DNA from: Gemmatimonadaceae bacterium
Lineage (GTDB): Bacteria; Gemmatimonadota; Gemmatimonadetes; Gemmatimonadales; Gemmatimonadaceae
DNA length: 64,000 nucleotides
Reading direction: 5' to 3'
Assembly (NCBI GenBank): GCA_033763905.1
Contig: JANRJP010000102.1
Span: forward strand, 1 to 64,000
In this document: positions 36,238 through 49,119 of the stretch, piece by piece
Numbering within the stretch: position 1 is the stretch's first letter
How the letters are laid out: each line of letters opens with the position of its first letter
Program-made: the position numbers and the translations under genes
Notes under the pieces: model-generated
Seen by the model: only the letters and a program-made list of their open reading frames with translations
What the model was told of the DNA's origin: nothing
The model's database searches: none

Positions 36238-36390
36238 TCAGGCCTTCTTGTCCTGCAGCCAGGTCAGCGGAATGATGAACAGCGGGGTCAGGAACGTCAC
36301 GAGAAGGACGTTGATCCAGATCAGCGCGGTGTAGTACGCGCCCATCCCGAGACCAGCCCACAGCATTCCAAGCGCACCGTTGCTCTGCAC
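36238..36390 (-). CDS. 50-aa small membrane protein (absent from the ORF track)
   Basis: AAGGAG 8 nt before GTG; MQSNGALGMLWAGLGMGAYYTALIWINVLLVTFLTPLFIIPLTWLQDKKA; GC3-biased codons; downstream terminator. Confidence 0.8.
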   Translation of the reverse strand: MQSNGALGMLWAGLGMGAYYTALIWINVLLVTFLTPLFIIPLTWLQDKKA

Positions 36391-36500
36391 GAGATTCTCT
36401 CCTTGAGGGTGACCCAGCGGGGCGAAAACTAGCGACCCCCGGTTTCCGGGCGCCAGTCGTTACCTCGAGTTAATGGCCGGCCACCCCCGGCCCGTTCCCG

Positions 36501-36509
36501 TGCTACGAT
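36501..36509 (+). promoter_or_regulatory. Extended -10 (TGcTACGAT) for tilS, near-leaderless
   Basis: TGnTANNNT 9 nt before ATG 36519; no SD. Confidence 0.5.
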
Positions 36510-36518
36510 TCGCATCCG

Positions 36519-37808
36519 ATGGCCAGGCGTACGAATCCCGTCGAGCTCGCGGTCACGGCGGGGGTGGCAGGTGCCGCCCCCGGGGGGCTCGTGGTGGCCG
36601 TGTCGGGTGGCCGGGATTCTATGGTCCTGCTCCACGCCATTCGCGCGCTGTCGCTGTCAGACCGGGTGGCGACAGTCGCCGTGTTCGACCACCGAGCCTC
36701 GGCCGAGACGTCCGCGGCGGCACGCGACGCCGCGGCCATTGCCCAGCGCTGGGGTTTTCGGGCCGTCATCGGGACGCCCGAACATCCGATGCCGGCGGCG
36801 TCGGAGGCCGAGTGGCGACGGGCCCGGTGGGAGTTCCTCCGCGCAGCCGCGGCGCCGCTCGGGGCGCTGGTGGTAACGGCCCACACCCAGGACGATCACG
36901 TGGAAACCGTCGCGTACCGCCTCTGGCGCGGGAGTGGCCCCCGCGGGCTTGCCGGTCTCGACGTGGACGGTAGCCCCCTCCGCCCGCTGTTGGGGGTGCC
37001 GCGGGCTGCCGTCGCGGCGTACGCCGCCGCGCACGACGTCCCGTGGGCGGCGGACCCGTCGAACGAGGACCGGCGGTACGCCCGCGTGCGCTGGCGGCAC
37101 GAGCTGCTCCCGGCGATCGCGCGGGTGCGCCCCGAATTCCGGGATGAGCTGCTCGGGATTGCCACGCGCGCTGCGGCGTGGCGACGCGAGGCCGAACGCT
37201 GGGTGCACCGCGCGGTGCGGTTCGACCCGATGGCCGAGGGCACCCTGCTGGTGTCGGACGAGCTTGCTCAGGCGCGGCCGCGAGACGCGGCGTGGCTCTG
37301 GCCGGCCGTGCTCGCGCCGCTGGGGATTCGCCTCGACCGCCGGGGCATTGCGCGGCTCGCCGCCTCCGTGCCGCCGGGGCGCCGGTTGCCGCTCACGGGC
37401 GGCTGGGAACTGTTCCGCGTCGCCACGAGTCAGTGGTGGGTACGTCGTGACGCAGGGCAGACGCTGGCGCCGGTCGACGTCCCGCTGTCCGGGGACGTCC
37501 GCTTCGGCGACTGGGACTTCACCCCGGTCGCGGGACCTGGTGACGCAAGTCCTTGGCACGGCCGGGTCCCTGCCCACATTGATACAGTGGTCCGCGTGTG
37601 GCAGCCTGGCGACCGGCTGGTCGGCGCACACGGTCCACGTCGCGTGAAACGCTGGTTGTCCGATGCCGGGATTCACGGGCCGCTGCGCGCGCGGTGGCCG
37701 GTGGTGGCCACCGGCGCGAACGTCTGGTGGATTCCCGGTGTACAAGTGGCGGTTGTGCCGCCCGAGCTCCCTTGCCTCGCCTATGTCTGTCGCCGTCGAA
37801 CCGAATGA
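36519..37808 (+). CDS. tilS: tRNA(Ile)-lysidine synthetase
   Basis: PP-loop AVSGGRDS, TAHTQDD, RPLL, DPSN; C-terminal TilS_C-like region; tilS-hpt-ftsH synteny. Confidence 0.9.
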   Translation: MARRTNPVELAVTAGVAGAAPGGLVVAVSGGRDSMVLLHAIRALSLSDRVATVAVFDHRASAETSAAARDAAAIAQRWGFRAVIGTPEHPMPAASEAEWRRARWEFLRAAAAPLGALVVTAHTQDDHVETVAYRLWRGSGPRGLAGLDVDGSPLRPLLGVPRAAVAAYAAAHDVPWAADPSNEDRRYARVRWRHELLPAIARVRPEFRDELLGIATRAAAWRREAERWVHRAVRFDPMAEGTLLVSDELAQARPRDAAWLWPAVLAPLGIRLDRRGIARLAASVPPGRRLPLTGGWELFRVATSQWWVRRDAGQTLAPVDVPLSGDVRFGDWDFTPVAGPGDASPWHGRVPAHIDTVVRVWQPGDRLVGAHGPRRVKRWLSDAGIHGPLRARWPVVATGANVWWIPGVQVAVVPPELPCLAYVCRRRTE

Positions 37809-38340
37809 TCCGCGCCTGATGGGGCGCACCGTACACCGCGTCGCGTTCTCCGCGCAGGAGATTGCGGCGCGGGTCGAGCGCTTGGGCGCGGAGATCACGG
37901 CGCACTACGGGGACGGCGAACTGCTGATGCTGGGGCTGCTCAAGGGCTCGTTCATCTTCCTCGCCGATCTTGCCCGTTCGGTGCGGCGTCCGGCGCAGCT
38001 CGATTTCATTGTCGCGTCGTCGTACGGGAACGCGACAGTGTCAAGCGGCACGGTGCGGTTGCTCTACGATCCCGAGACGCCGCTTGCCGGCAAGCACATT
38101 CTGTTGGTTGAGGACATCGTCGATTCCGGACGTACCCTGCAGTGTCTGATCGACCTGCTGCAGGCCCGTCGGCCGGCGTCGCTCGAGATCTGCGCGTTGC
38201 TGCACAAGCGCATCGCGACGGAGCTCAAGCACGAACCCAAGTTCATCGGGTTCGATGCCCCGCACGAATTCCTGGTCGGGTACGGACTCGACCACGCGGA
38301 GCAGTTCCGTCACCTCCCGTATATCGCCAGTCTGGCCTAG
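37783..38340 (+). CDS. hpt: Hypoxanthine phosphoribosyltransferase
   Basis: GLLKGS, SSYG, LLVEDIVDSGRTL and FLVGYGLD. Confidence 0.95.
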   Translation: MSVAVEPNDPRLMGRTVHRVAFSAQEIAARVERLGAEITAHYGDGELLMLGLLKGSFIFLADLARSVRRPAQLDFIVASSYGNATVSSGTVRLLYDPETPLAGKHILLVEDIVDSGRTLQCLIDLLQARRPASLEICALLHKRIATELKHEPKFIGFDAPHEFLVGYGLDHAEQFRHLPYIASLA

Positions 38341-38350
38341 CTTCCGACTT

Positions 38351-40330
<1,980 letters not shown>

Positions 40331-40425
40331 GTTCGGGTCGGCGCGGGCGGTTGGCGGGGCTCGCTGTGCACTCCGGTGCGCGGCGGGCCCCGCTGGCCTT
40401 CGGGGCACGTTCCCGCGGGCAAGTG

Positions 40426-40434
40426 TGGTAAATT
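40426..40434 (+). promoter_or_regulatory. Extended -10 (TGgTAAATT); probable leaderless start of the yggS-to-che gene run
   Basis: TGnTANNNT 6 nt before ATG 40441; no SD. Confidence 0.55.
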
Positions 40435-40440
40435 CCCGAG

Positions 40441-41127
40441 ATGCACTTTCCCGAGTTCAACGACCGGCTGGCTGACGCTCGCGCGCGCATCGAGGATGCC
40501 CGCGCCCGCGGTGGGCACGGGCAGTCGGTGACGCTGGTGGCGGTGACCAAGACGCACGGGCCCGAGGCCGTGCAGACCGCGTACGCAGCCGGCATTACCG
40601 ACGTCGGCGAGAACAAGGTGCAGGAAGCACAGGACAAGATGGCGCAGGTGGCGGCGCCGGTCCGCTGGCATCTGATCGGGCATCTGCAGCGCAACAAGGT
40701 GAAGTTCACTGGGCCGTTTGCGCTGATTCACGGCGTCGATAGTCGGCGACTCGCCGAGGCGATCGACGAGTTCGCCCGCAAGCGCGGTGTCGTCGCCGAG
40801 GTGCTGATGCAGGTGAACGTGTCCGGCGAGGCTACGAAGGGCGGATTGGCGCCCGACGAATGGCCGGCCGAAGCCGACGCGTGGCGCGGGCTCACCGGGC
40901 TGCGCGTGCGCGGCGTGATGACGATGGCGCCCTTCGGTGCGGCGGAATCGGAGTTGCGACGCGTGTTTGCCGGTGCGCGCGCCGCGCGCGACGTGCTGCG
41001 CGCGGCAGGGCACCCGGCGGACGAGTTGTCGATGGGCATGAGTGAGGACTATCCGGTTGCAGTGGAGGAGGGCGCCACAATGGTGCGCCTCGGCACTGCA
41101 CTCTTTGGGGCGAGGACGACGCAGTGA
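40441..41127 (+). CDS. yggS: PLP homeostasis protein
   Basis: [29 protein letters not shown] and MVRLG. Confidence 0.95.
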   Translation: MHFPEFNDRLADARARIEDARARGGHGQSVTLVAVTKTHGPEAVQTAYAAGITDVGENKVQEAQDKMAQVAAPVRWHLIGHLQRNKVKFTGPFALIHGVDSRRLAEAIDEFARKRGVVAEVLMQVNVSGEATKGGLAPDEWPAEADAWRGLTGLRVRGVMTMAPFGAAESELRRVFAGARAARDVLRAAGHPADELSMGMSEDYPVAVEEGATMVRLGTALFGARTTQ

Positions 41128-41729
41128 CCGACGATCCGTTTCGACTCACACCGCTCGATGTGCGACGGTACGATTTCGGCAGCGCGCTGCGCGGCTACGA
41201 CAAGACGCGCGTCGATCAGTTCCGCGATCAAGTCGCCGACGAACTCGAGCGCGTGTCGCGGCAGGTGGTCGATCTCGAGACGCGGGCGAACGGGTTTCTG
41301 GAACAGCTCCGCGCGTTCCGCGAGCGCGACAAGGCGCTGAACGAAGCGCTGGTCTCGGCGCAGCAGCTGCGCGCGGAGATCCGCGAGCAGGCGGAGCGCG
41401 AGTCGTCGCTGATCCTTCGGGAAGCGCGCGCCGAAGCCGAGCGCATCATCGATGCCGCGCGGCATCAGGTCCAGTCGTTGCGGAGCGAGGCGGAGTACCT
41501 CGAGAAGCAGCGGCGTACCCACCTCCTGCAGCTGCGCGCGATGACCGAACGGCAGCTGGCGGAGGTCGAGGCAATGCTGGCCACGGCGCCGGGCGAGGCG
41601 GTGACGCCGACGGCCGATGCGCCGCCGGCGCGGGCCTCGGTGCCGTCGGCGGCCGCGATGCCGGCGCCGACGCCGTCGTCGTGGCTCGACGCGCCCGCCG
41701 GGGATTCCGGCGAGGACGCCGAGGCGTGA
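41124..41729 (+). CDS. divIVA: DivIVA domain coiled-coil protein
   Basis: LTPLDV...F...LRGYD...VD.F N-terminal domain followed by a coiled coil. Confidence 0.9.
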   Translation: MTDDPFRLTPLDVRRYDFGSALRGYDKTRVDQFRDQVADELERVSRQVVDLETRANGFLEQLRAFRERDKALNEALVSAQQLRAEIREQAERESSLILREARAEAERIIDAARHQVQSLRSEAEYLEKQRRTHLLQLRAMTERQLAEVEAMLATAPGEAVTPTADAPPARASVPSAAAMPAPTPSSWLDAPAGDSGEDAEA

Positions 41730-42568
41730 GTGGGGTCACGGTGGCGGGGACGCACAGCCGCGAGGCCATCGGCCGCGCGGCGGACGCCGTGCGCGCGCGC
41801 TGGGGCAAGACGCCGCAGGCGGCGTTGATTCTCGGGACGGGACTCGGCGCGCTCGGACGCGAGATCGCGATCGAGGCGACGATTCCGTACGACGAGATCC
41901 CGGGCTTCCTGCTCTCCACCGTGGAGTCGCACGCCGGCCGCCTCCTGTGCGGCACGCTCGGCGGCAAGACGGTCGTGGCGATGCAGGGGCGCTTGCATCG
42001 CTACGAGGGGTACTCGTTGCAGCAGGTGACCTTTCCGGTGCGCGTGCTCCGAGCGCTCGGCGCCGACACGCTGATCGTCTCTAACGCCTGCGGGGGAATG
42101 CACCCGCTGTGGGCGCCGGGCGACTTGATGCTGATGGCCGATCACCTGAACCTGCTCGGCGACAATCCGCTGATCGGGCCCAACGACGAGTCGCTCGGGC
42201 CACGGTTCCCGGATATGAGCGCGCCGTACGACGCCGCGCTGCGCGACCACGCCCGCGCGGTGGCGGCGGCGCAGGGCATCACGCTGCGCGAGGGCGTGTA
42301 TGTGGCGGTGCCCGGCCCGAATCTCGAGACGCGGGCGGAGTACCGGATGCTGCGCGCGCTCGGTGCCGATGTCGTGGGGATGAGTACCGTCCCCGAAGTG
42401 ATCGTGGCCGTGCACGGCGGGATGCGCGTGCTCGGCGTGTCGATCATCACCGATCAATGCCTCCCCGACGCGCTCGAGCCCGCCACGCTCGAGAAGATCG
42501 TCGCGGTGGCCACTGCCGCTGAACCGCATTTGACCACCGTCGTCCGCGGCGTGTTGGAGCGCTTGTGA
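41726..42568 (+). CDS. punA: Purine-nucleoside phosphorylase (trimeric type)
   Basis: ILGTGLG, MQGR.H.YEG, NACGG, GPRFPDM, GPNLET and GMSTVPE. Confidence 0.93.
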   Translation: MSGVTVAGTHSREAIGRAADAVRARWGKTPQAALILGTGLGALGREIAIEATIPYDEIPGFLLSTVESHAGRLLCGTLGGKTVVAMQGRLHRYEGYSLQQVTFPVRVLRALGADTLIVSNACGGMHPLWAPGDLMLMADHLNLLGDNPLIGPNDESLGPRFPDMSAPYDAALRDHARAVAAAQGITLREGVYVAVPGPNLETRAEYRMLRALGADVVGMSTVPEVIVAVHGGMRVLGVSIITDQCLPDALEPATLEKIVAVATAAEPHLTTVVRGVLERL

Positions 42569-45500
42569 CTGCCCCTGCCGAACTGAAGTTCCGCCCGTTG
42601 CCCGCCGAGCAGTCGGCGCGCGAGCTCGAAGAATCCCTCCTGGTGAAGTGGAAGGAGGAACGACTCGTCGAGCGCGCGCTCGCCGACAAGCCGGGCGCAC
42701 CGTCATTCGTGTTCTACGACGGCCCGCCGACGGCCAACGGCAAGCCGGGCATTCACCACGTGTTCGCCCGCACCACCAAGGACCTGTTCGCGCGGCATCG
42801 CGCGATGCACGGCTATTGGGTGCCGCGCAAGGCGGGCTGGGACACGCACGGGCTTCCGGTCGAGATCGAAGTCGAGAAGCGCCTCGGCATCAAGGGCAAG
42901 CAGGAGATCGAAGCGCTCGGCGTCGAGAAGTTCAACGCGCTCTGCCGCGAGAGCGTGTGGACCTACAAGGGCGAGTGGGAGCGGCTCGTGGAGCGCATCG
43001 CCCATTGGCTCGACTATTCGGATCCGTACATCACGTACTCGAAGGAGTACGTCGAAAGCGAATGGTGGGCGCTCAAGACGCTGCACCAGAAGGGGCTGCT
43101 CACGCGCGGGCACAAGATTCTGCCGTACTGCCCGCGCTGCGGCACCGCGCTGTCGAGCCACGAAGTCGCGCAGGGTTACGAGGACGTCGAGGATCCCAGC
43201 GTCTACATCGCGCTCGATCTCGTCGACGATGCGCCGGTGTCGCCGGTGCGCGCGTCGGTCGACGGGCCCGGCGCGCAGGCCGCGGAGCGCGCCGATCTGG
43301 CGCCGGCTCCAGCGAATGGCCGTCGCCGACTGATCGTCTGGACGACCACGCCGTGGACGCTCGTGTCCAACGTGGCGCTGGCGGTGAACCCCGAGCTCAC
43401 CTACGCCGAACTGCGCAAGAAGAGGGGCAGTGACTTCACGGTGATTCTGGCGGAGCCGCGCGTACCCGGCGTGCTTGGCGCCGACTGGGCCGATCGATGG
43501 GACGTCGTCGGCACGATGACCGGTGCGCAGCTGGCCGGTCGCAAGTATCGGCGACCGCTCGACTGGCTGCCGTATCCGGACATCGGCGCGTCGGAAGTCA
43601 TCGTGGCCGAGAGCTTCGTGTCGGCGGACGACGGCTCGGGCATCGTGCATATGGCGCCCGCCTTCGGTGCCGACGACTACGCGGCGGGGCAGCGGCACGG
43701 CCTGGCCTTCCTGCAGCCCGTGAATGCGCGCGGCGAGTTCCCGAACGACCTGCCGCTCGTGGGCGGGCAGTTCGTCAAGCACGCCGATGCCGCGATCATC
43801 GAGGAGCTCGAGCGGCGCGATGTTCTGTGGAAGGCGTCGCGCTTCGTGCACGCGTATCCGCATTGCTGGCGCTGCCGCACGCCGCTGCTCTACTACGCCC
43901 GCTCGTCGTGGTTCGTGAAGACCACGGCCGTGAAGGACCGGATGCTCGCGCGCAACGCGCAGGTGGATTGGCATCCGCCGGAAACCGGCGCGGGTCGATT
44001 TGGCGAGTGGCTCACGAACAACGTCGATTGGGCCATTTCCCGGGATCGTTTCTGGGGCACGCCGCTCCCGGTGTGGGTAAATGACGAGAATCCCGATGAG
44101 CTCGAGGTCATCGGCTCGTACGAGGAACTCTTCGCGCGGGTCGGCACGCCGATGCCCGCGGATTTCGACCCGCACAAGCCGGGTGTCGATCAGTACACCT
44201 GGCCGTCGCCGACCGGGAAGGGCACGATGCGCCGCGTGCCGGAAGTGATCGACACGTGGTTCGATTCGGGCTCGATGCCGTTCGCCCAGCATCACTATCC
44301 GTTCGAGAATCGCGAGGCGGTCGAGCGGCAGTTCCCGGCCGACTTCATCGCGGAAGGCGTCGACCAGACGCGCGGGTGGTTCTACTCGCTGCTGGCGATC
44401 GCGACCGGTCTCGGCGACGCGCTGCCGAACAACGGCGGCGACAAGGCCTCACCGTATCGCGCGGTGGTCGTGAACGACCTCGTGCTCGATGCGCAGGGTC
44501 GCAAGATGTCCAAGAGCCGCGGCAACGTCGTGGATCCGTGGCAGGTCATCAATACGCACGGAGCCGATGCCGTCCGGCTGTTCCTCGTCGCTGCGGGGCA
44601 GGTGTGGAAGCCGCGCGCCTTCGACGAACGCGCGATCCGCGAGACGATCGGCGGCTTCCTGCTGACGTTGCGCAACGTGTATCGGTTCTTCGCCGATCTC
44701 GCGAACTTCGGCTGGGCCCCCTCGGCGGCGGACCCCGCGCCGGCGTCGCGCCCGGTGATCGACCGCTGGATGCTGAGCCGACTTGCGGCCGTCGAAGCCG
44801 ATGTCGATCAGTCCCTGCAGGACTTCGACGCCACCAACGCCGCGCAGTTGCTGATTACCTTCGTCGTCGAAGACGTCTCGAAGTGGTACGTGCGGCTCAC
44901 GCGGGACCGGTTCTACGCCACCGATACCGACGACGCGCGCGCGGCGTTTGCCACGCTGCACGAGACACTGGTGGTGACCTGCCGCTTGCTCGCGCCGTTT
45001 GCGCCGTTCCTGAGCGATTGGCTGCACCGCGAACTCACGGGTGACACGGTGCACTTGGCACGGTACACGCGCGCGGACGTGCCGCGGGACGTGACGCTCG
45101 AGCTCGCGATGGAAGAGGCGCGGACGCTCGTGCGGCTCGGCCGTGCCGCGCGCGAGACCGTGGGCATTGGCGTGCGCCAGCCGTTGGGCCGGATGGTCTG
45201 CGTCGCGCCCGCGTTGCCGCATCACCTCGAGGACGCGCTCCTGCCGTATGTGGCGCAGGAGCTCAACATCAAGCGGGTCGAGACGGCCCGATCGGCCGAC
45301 GCCCTGGTGACGCTCGAAGCCAAGGGCAACTTCCGCACGCTGGGCAAGAAGTTCGGCAAGGCCACGCCCGACGCGGCGGCCCAGATCGCGGCGCTGTCGT
45401 CGGATCAGCTCCGGGCGTTCGAACGGGGCGAGGTCCTCGAACTCACCGCCGGCGGGGCGACCGTCGCGTTGGCCGCCGAGGACGTGCTGATCCAGCGCCG

Positions 45501-45846
45501 AGCCACGGGGGCGTTCGTCGTGCAGGAGGACGGCGGACGCTTTGCCGCGATCGACCCCGAGGTCACCGACGCCCTGCGGTCGGAGGGGTACGCCCGCGAG
45601 CTGTTGAGCCGAGTCCAGCGGCTCCGGAAGGAGTCCGGGCTGGCCCTGAGCGACCGGATTCGGCTGGCCGTCCAGGGGGATGCCCCGCTGGCCGACGCCG
45701 CCCGGACGCACGGGGGGTGGATTGCCGCTGAAACCCTTGCAGTTGACTACCTTGTAGGCGAATTGCCGACAGGCCCGGACGTCTTCACCGCGCAGGTGGA
45801 GCTCGACGGCGTCACCGGCGCGATCGCCATCACCCGAACCGCCTGA
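42565..45846 (+). CDS. ileS: Isoleucine--tRNA ligase, type 2
   Basis: [12 protein letters not shown] in place of [26 protein letters not shown]; long IleRS2-type C-terminus. Confidence 0.97.
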   Translation: MTAPAELKFRPLPAEQSARELEESLLVKWKEERLVERALADKPGAPSFVFYDGPPTANGKPGIHHVFARTTKDLFARHRAMHGYWVPRKAGWDTHGLPVEIEVEKRLGIKGKQEIEALGVEKFNALCRESVWTYKGEWERLVERIAHWLDYSDPYITYSKEYVESEWWALKTLHQKGLLTRGHKILPYCPRCGTALSSHEVAQGYEDVEDPSVYIALDLVDDAPVSPVRASVDGPGAQAAERADLAPAPANGRRRLIVWTTTPWTLVSNVALAVNPELTYAELRKKRGSDFTVILAEPRVPGVLGADWADRWDVVGTMTGAQLAGRKYRRPLDWLPYPDIGASEVIVAESFVSADDGSGIVHMAPAFGADDYAAGQRHGLAFLQPVNARGEFPNDLPLVGGQFVKHADAAIIEELERRDVLWKASRFVHAYPHCWRCRTPLLYYARSSWFVKTTAVKDRMLARNAQVDWHPPETGAGRFGEWLTNNVDWAISRDRFWGTPLPVWVNDENPDELEVIGSYEELFARVGTPMPADFDPHKPGVDQYTWPSPTGKGTMRRVPEVIDTWFDSGSMPFAQHHYPFENREAVERQFPADFIAEGVDQTRGWFYSLLAIATGLGDALPNNGGDKASPYRAVVVNDLVLDAQGRKMSKSRGNVVDPWQVINTHGADAVRLFLVAAGQVWKPRAFDERAIRETIGGFLLTLRNVYRFFADLANFGWAPSAADPAPASRPVIDRWMLSRLAAVEADVDQSLQDFDATNAAQLLITFVVEDVSKWYVRLTRDRFYATDTDDARAAFATLHETLVVTCRLLAPFAPFLSDWLHRELTGDTVHLARYTRADVPRDVTLELAMEEARTLVRLGRAARETVGIGVRQPLGRMVCVAPALPHHLEDALLPYVAQELNIKRVETARSADALVTLEAKGNFRTLGKKFGKATPDAAAQIAALSSDQLRAFERGEVLELTAGGATVALAAEDVLIQRRATGAFVVQEDGGRFAAIDPEVTDALRSEGYARELLSRVQRLRKESGLALSDRIRLAVQGDAPLADAARTHGGWIAAETLAVDYLVGELPTGPDVFTAQVELDGVTGAIAITRTA

Positions 45847-45849
45847 CCA

Positions 45850-46272
45850 ATGGCCACCAAGGGCAGCACGAAGTCCGCCGCCAAGGCGCCGCCGAATCCC
45901 GGGACGAAGAAGTTCATCGAGCACTTCGCGAAGCGATTGCACGATGAGCGGAAGCGGGTGCTCAAGGATCTCGGCTTCCAGGAAGCCAACTTCGACGGTG
46001 GTGACGGCGAAGGCTCGGCCTATTCGTTCCATATGGCCGATCAGGGCACGGACGCGATGGAGCGTGAGAAGTCCTTCCTGTTCGCGTCGAAGGAAGGGCG
46101 GTATCTGTGGCACATCGATCAGGCGTTGCGCCGGTTGTACAAGTCGCCCGACACGTTCGGGAAGTGCCACTCGTGCGGCAACGACATTCCGTTCGATCGC
46201 CTCGACGCGCTGCCGAACGCGCGGTATTGCATCAATTGCAAGCAGCTCGAGGAGCGTGAGAAGGCCAAGTAG
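45850..46272 (+). CDS. TraR/DksA C4 zinc-finger protein
   Basis: HMADQG coiled-coil tip; CHSC-x17-CINC. Confidence 0.9.
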   Translation: MATKGSTKSAAKAPPNPGTKKFIEHFAKRLHDERKRVLKDLGFQEANFDGGDGEGSAYSFHMADQGTDAMEREKSFLFASKEGRYLWHIDQALRRLYKSPDTFGKCHSCGNDIPFDRLDALPNARYCINCKQLEEREKAK

Positions 46273-46768
46273 GGTCTTCTGGGGCACTGCCGCCCTGATC
46301 GTGCTCGCGGATCAAGGCACGAAGTGGTGGGCGGTGCGCACGCTCAGCGACGGCCCGGGGCCGATCGAAGTGATTGGCGCCTGGGCACGGCTCGCGCTGG
46401 TGTACAACCCCGGCGCGGCGTTCGGGCTGTCGATCGGGTCGTGGTCCCGTGAGGTCTTCACCGGGCTGACCCTCGTGGCGCTCGCCCTGCTGTGGCAGCT
46501 GTATCGCACGGCGTCGCCGGCGGAGCGGGGGCGGGTGTGGGCCTCGGCGTTTGTGGCGGGAGGTGCGGTCGGCAACCTCGTCGATCGGGTGCGCTCGCCG
46601 CGCGGGGTCGTGGACTTTCTGGATCTGGGGATTGGAGATGCGCGCTGGCCGACGTTCAACGTCGCGGATGTGGCCGTGAGCTGCGGCGCCTTGGCTTTGG
46701 CGTGGGTGCTGCGCGATGCCGACGACGCCGCAACGTCGGCGGCGACGATGCCGGAGGAGCGCGCGTGA
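46256..46768 (+). CDS. lspA: Lipoprotein signal peptidase II, copy 1
   Basis: DQGTK, NPGAAFG, GNLVDR, VVDFL and FNVAD; start GTG 46256 inferred. Confidence 0.9.
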   Translation: MRRPSRVFWGTAALIVLADQGTKWWAVRTLSDGPGPIEVIGAWARLALVYNPGAAFGLSIGSWSREVFTGLTLVALALLWQLYRTASPAERGRVWASAFVAGGAVGNLVDRVRSPRGVVDFLDLGIGDARWPTFNVADVAVSCGALALAWVLRDADDAATSAATMPEERA

Positions 46769-47280
46769 ATACCCGCCCGCACCTGTTGCCGGCCTCGCTC
46801 TGTGTCGGCGCGATCGCGTTGGACGTGGTCACGAAGCGCTGGGCCGTCGACGCCCTCTCGCCGATGCACGTACCGCACGAGGTGCTGGGGTCGTTCCTGC
46901 GCTTCACGCTGGCGTTCAATCGCGGCGCCGCGTTCGGGATGCACCTCGGCGACTGGTCGCGGCTCTTCTTCGGTACGGTGGCGGTCGTGATCGTCGGCGT
47001 GCTGTTCTCGATGTACCGAGACGCCCCGGCGACGGAGCGTCTGCGTCGCGTGGCGCTCGCGCTCATCGCCGGCGGGGCGATCGGCAACCTCATCGATCGG
47101 CTTCGCTGGGACGGCGGCGTCGTCGACTTCATCGACATCGGCACGGCGACGTGGCGCTTCTGGACGTTCAACGTCGCCGACAGCGCGGTGACCGTCGGGA
47201 CGATTCTGTTGCTGTGGGTGATGCGCAACGACGCCCCGGCACCGACGACTCCGGCAGCCGGCGCGGCGCCGGGCACGTGA
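46765..47280 (+). CDS. lspA: Lipoprotein signal peptidase II, copy 2
   Basis: DVVTK, NRGAAFG, GNLIDR, VVDFI and FNVAD. Confidence 0.92.
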   Translation: MNTRPHLLPASLCVGAIALDVVTKRWAVDALSPMHVPHEVLGSFLRFTLAFNRGAAFGMHLGDWSRLFFGTVAVVIVGVLFSMYRDAPATERLRRVALALIAGGAIGNLIDRLRWDGGVVDFIDIGTATWRFWTFNVADSAVTVGTILLLWVMRNDAPAPTTPAAGAAPGT

Positions 47281-48284
47281 GTCTCGACGCGCCGCCGCCG
47301 GGTCGCCACGAGTTCGCGGCGCCCGCCGAGGCGACGCGACTCGATCTGGCCGTCGCGGCACAGCTCGGCGTGTCGCGGACGCGCGCCGCCACCCTTATCG
47401 CCGAGGGGCGCGTCACGGTGAATGGCGCCCGTGAAAAGGCGAGTGTGCGGCCGGACGCCGGGGCGCGGATCGTGGTGGACGTCCCGCCGCCGGCGGGCCG
47501 ACCCGTGGTGCCCGAGCAGATCCCGCTCGACGTGGTCTATGAGGACGACGACCTGCTGGTCGTGAACAAGGCGGCCGGAATGGTCGTGCATCCCGCGCCG
47601 GGCAACTGGACCGGGACGCTGGTGAACGCCCTGATGGGTCGGCCTGGGACATTGGAGGACGACGCCGACACCCCGCCGGAGGCCGCCCGGGCCGGGCTGG
47701 TCCACCGGCTCGACAAGGAGACTTCCGGGCTCCTCCTGGTGGCCAAGTCGGAGGGCACCCACCGCGCCCTCGCGCAGGATCTGGCGGCCCGGAAGATCGT
47801 TCGCCGGTACGCCGCGATGTCCTGGGGTCACGTGGACGGCGACCGTATCACGGTGAAGGCCCCCATTGGCCGGGACCCTCGTGACCGGAAGCGGATGGCG
47901 GTCGTTTCCGGGGGGAGGGAGGCGCACACCGACTTCGTGCGGATCGGGCGTCTCCCGCACACGGACCTGCTGCGCGCGCACCTGCACACGGGGCGGACGC
48001 ATCAGATCCGGGTGCATTTGGCATCGGTGGGGCATCCGGTGGTCGGGGACGACACCTACGGTGGCGGCGGCGGGCGGAAGCTCGTGGCACTGCCCCCGGG
48101 GCGGCACTTCCTGCACGCCGCGTGGCTCCGCTTCCGGCACCCGCGGTCGGGGGAGGCCATCGATCTGCGGGCGCCCTTGCCGGCCGATCTGGTGACCTCA
48201 CTCGCTGCGGCCGCCGAGATGCCCAACCTGCTCACCGAGGGCGATCCGCTGTCGTATCTTGGGTTTTACGCTGATGGGGGCTGA
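47277..48284 (+). CDS. rluD: RluA/RluD family pseudouridine synthase
   Basis: S4 domain, NKAAGMVVHP, HRLDKETSG, TGRTHQIRVH and FLHA. Confidence 0.92.
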   Translation: MSLDAPPPGRHEFAAPAEATRLDLAVAAQLGVSRTRAATLIAEGRVTVNGAREKASVRPDAGARIVVDVPPPAGRPVVPEQIPLDVVYEDDDLLVVNKAAGMVVHPAPGNWTGTLVNALMGRPGTLEDDADTPPEAARAGLVHRLDKETSGLLLVAKSEGTHRALAQDLAARKIVRRYAAMSWGHVDGDRITVKAPIGRDPRDRKRMAVVSGGREAHTDFVRIGRLPHTDLLRAHLHTGRTHQIRVHLASVGHPVVGDDTYGGGGGRKLVALPPGRHFLHAAWLRFRHPRSGEAIDLRAPLPADLVTSLAAAAEMPNLLTEGDPLSYLGFYADGG

Positions 48285-48741
48285 CGTGGTCCCGGCGACG
48301 CAGGCCCGCTTGCTGCTCTTCGAGGTGCGGGGGCGTCGCTATGCCTGCGATCTGGCGTCGGTGCGCGAGATCGTGCCGTTCGGTGTGGTCACGCGGCTCC
48401 CGGGCGCTCCGGCGGCGGTGGTGGGCGTGAGCAACGTGCGCGGTCTCGTGGTAACGGTGGTCGATCTGGGCATTCGGCTCGCCGACGGCCCGGTGGATCG
48501 TGCGGAAGGGGCGGTCTTGTTGCTGGAGTACGGCGGCAAGGTGCTCGGCGCGGGGGTGGATGGGCTGCAGGATGTACTCGTGCCGGAGGATGGCATTCAG
48601 CCGCCGCCGGCCGACAGCGGGACCGGCGATACGTCCGGGTTGTTGTGTGGGCTGGTGCAGACGAATGGCGGCGTGGCGGTCGTGCTCGACCCCGCGGCGC
48701 TCGTGAAGGAAACCCTAGTCGGGACGGGAGGCGACACGTGA
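48274..48741 (+). CDS. cheW: Chemotaxis adaptor CheW
   Basis: VREIV, TRLPGAP..VVGV.NVRG and VVDL. Confidence 0.9.
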   Translation: MGADVVPATQARLLLFEVRGRRYACDLASVREIVPFGVVTRLPGAPAAVVGVSNVRGLVVTVVDLGIRLADGPVDRAEGAVLLLEYGGKVLGAGVDGLQDVLVPEDGIQPPPADSGTGDTSGLLCGLVQTNGGVAVVLDPAALVKETLVGTGGDT

Positions 48742-49100
48742 GCCAAACGGTGCTCATCTGTGACGACGCGATCTTCATGCGGACGATGTTGGCCGACATT
48801 CTCACGAATGCCGGATTCGAAGTCGTCGGCGAAGCCGAGAGCGGCGTGCAGGCGGTGGAGATGTATCGACGGCTGCGGCCGGACCTGGTGACGATGGACA
48901 TCGTGATGCCGGATATGGGCGGCATCGACGCCGTCCGCGAGATCACGAAGTTCGATCCCGCCGCGAAGTGTCTGATGTGCTCGGCGATGGGCCAGCAGGC
49001 GCTGGTCGTCGAGGCGATTCAGGCCGGCGCGAAGGACTTCGTCGTCAAGCCGTTCCAGCCGAGTCGGGTGCTCGAAGCCGTCCAGCGCGTGCTGGGCTGA
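48738..49100 (+). CDS. cheY: CheY-like response regulator (F1/DifD type)
   Basis: DDAIFMR, DLVTMDIVMP, CSAMGQ and GAKDFVVKPF. Confidence 0.95.
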   Translation: MSQTVLICDDAIFMRTMLADILTNAGFEVVGEAESGVQAVEMYRRLRPDLVTMDIVMPDMGGIDAVREITKFDPAAKCLMCSAMGQQALVVEAIQAGAKDFVVKPFQPSRVLEAVQRVLG

Positions 49101-49119
49101 CCCTCCGGAGCGTCCCAGC

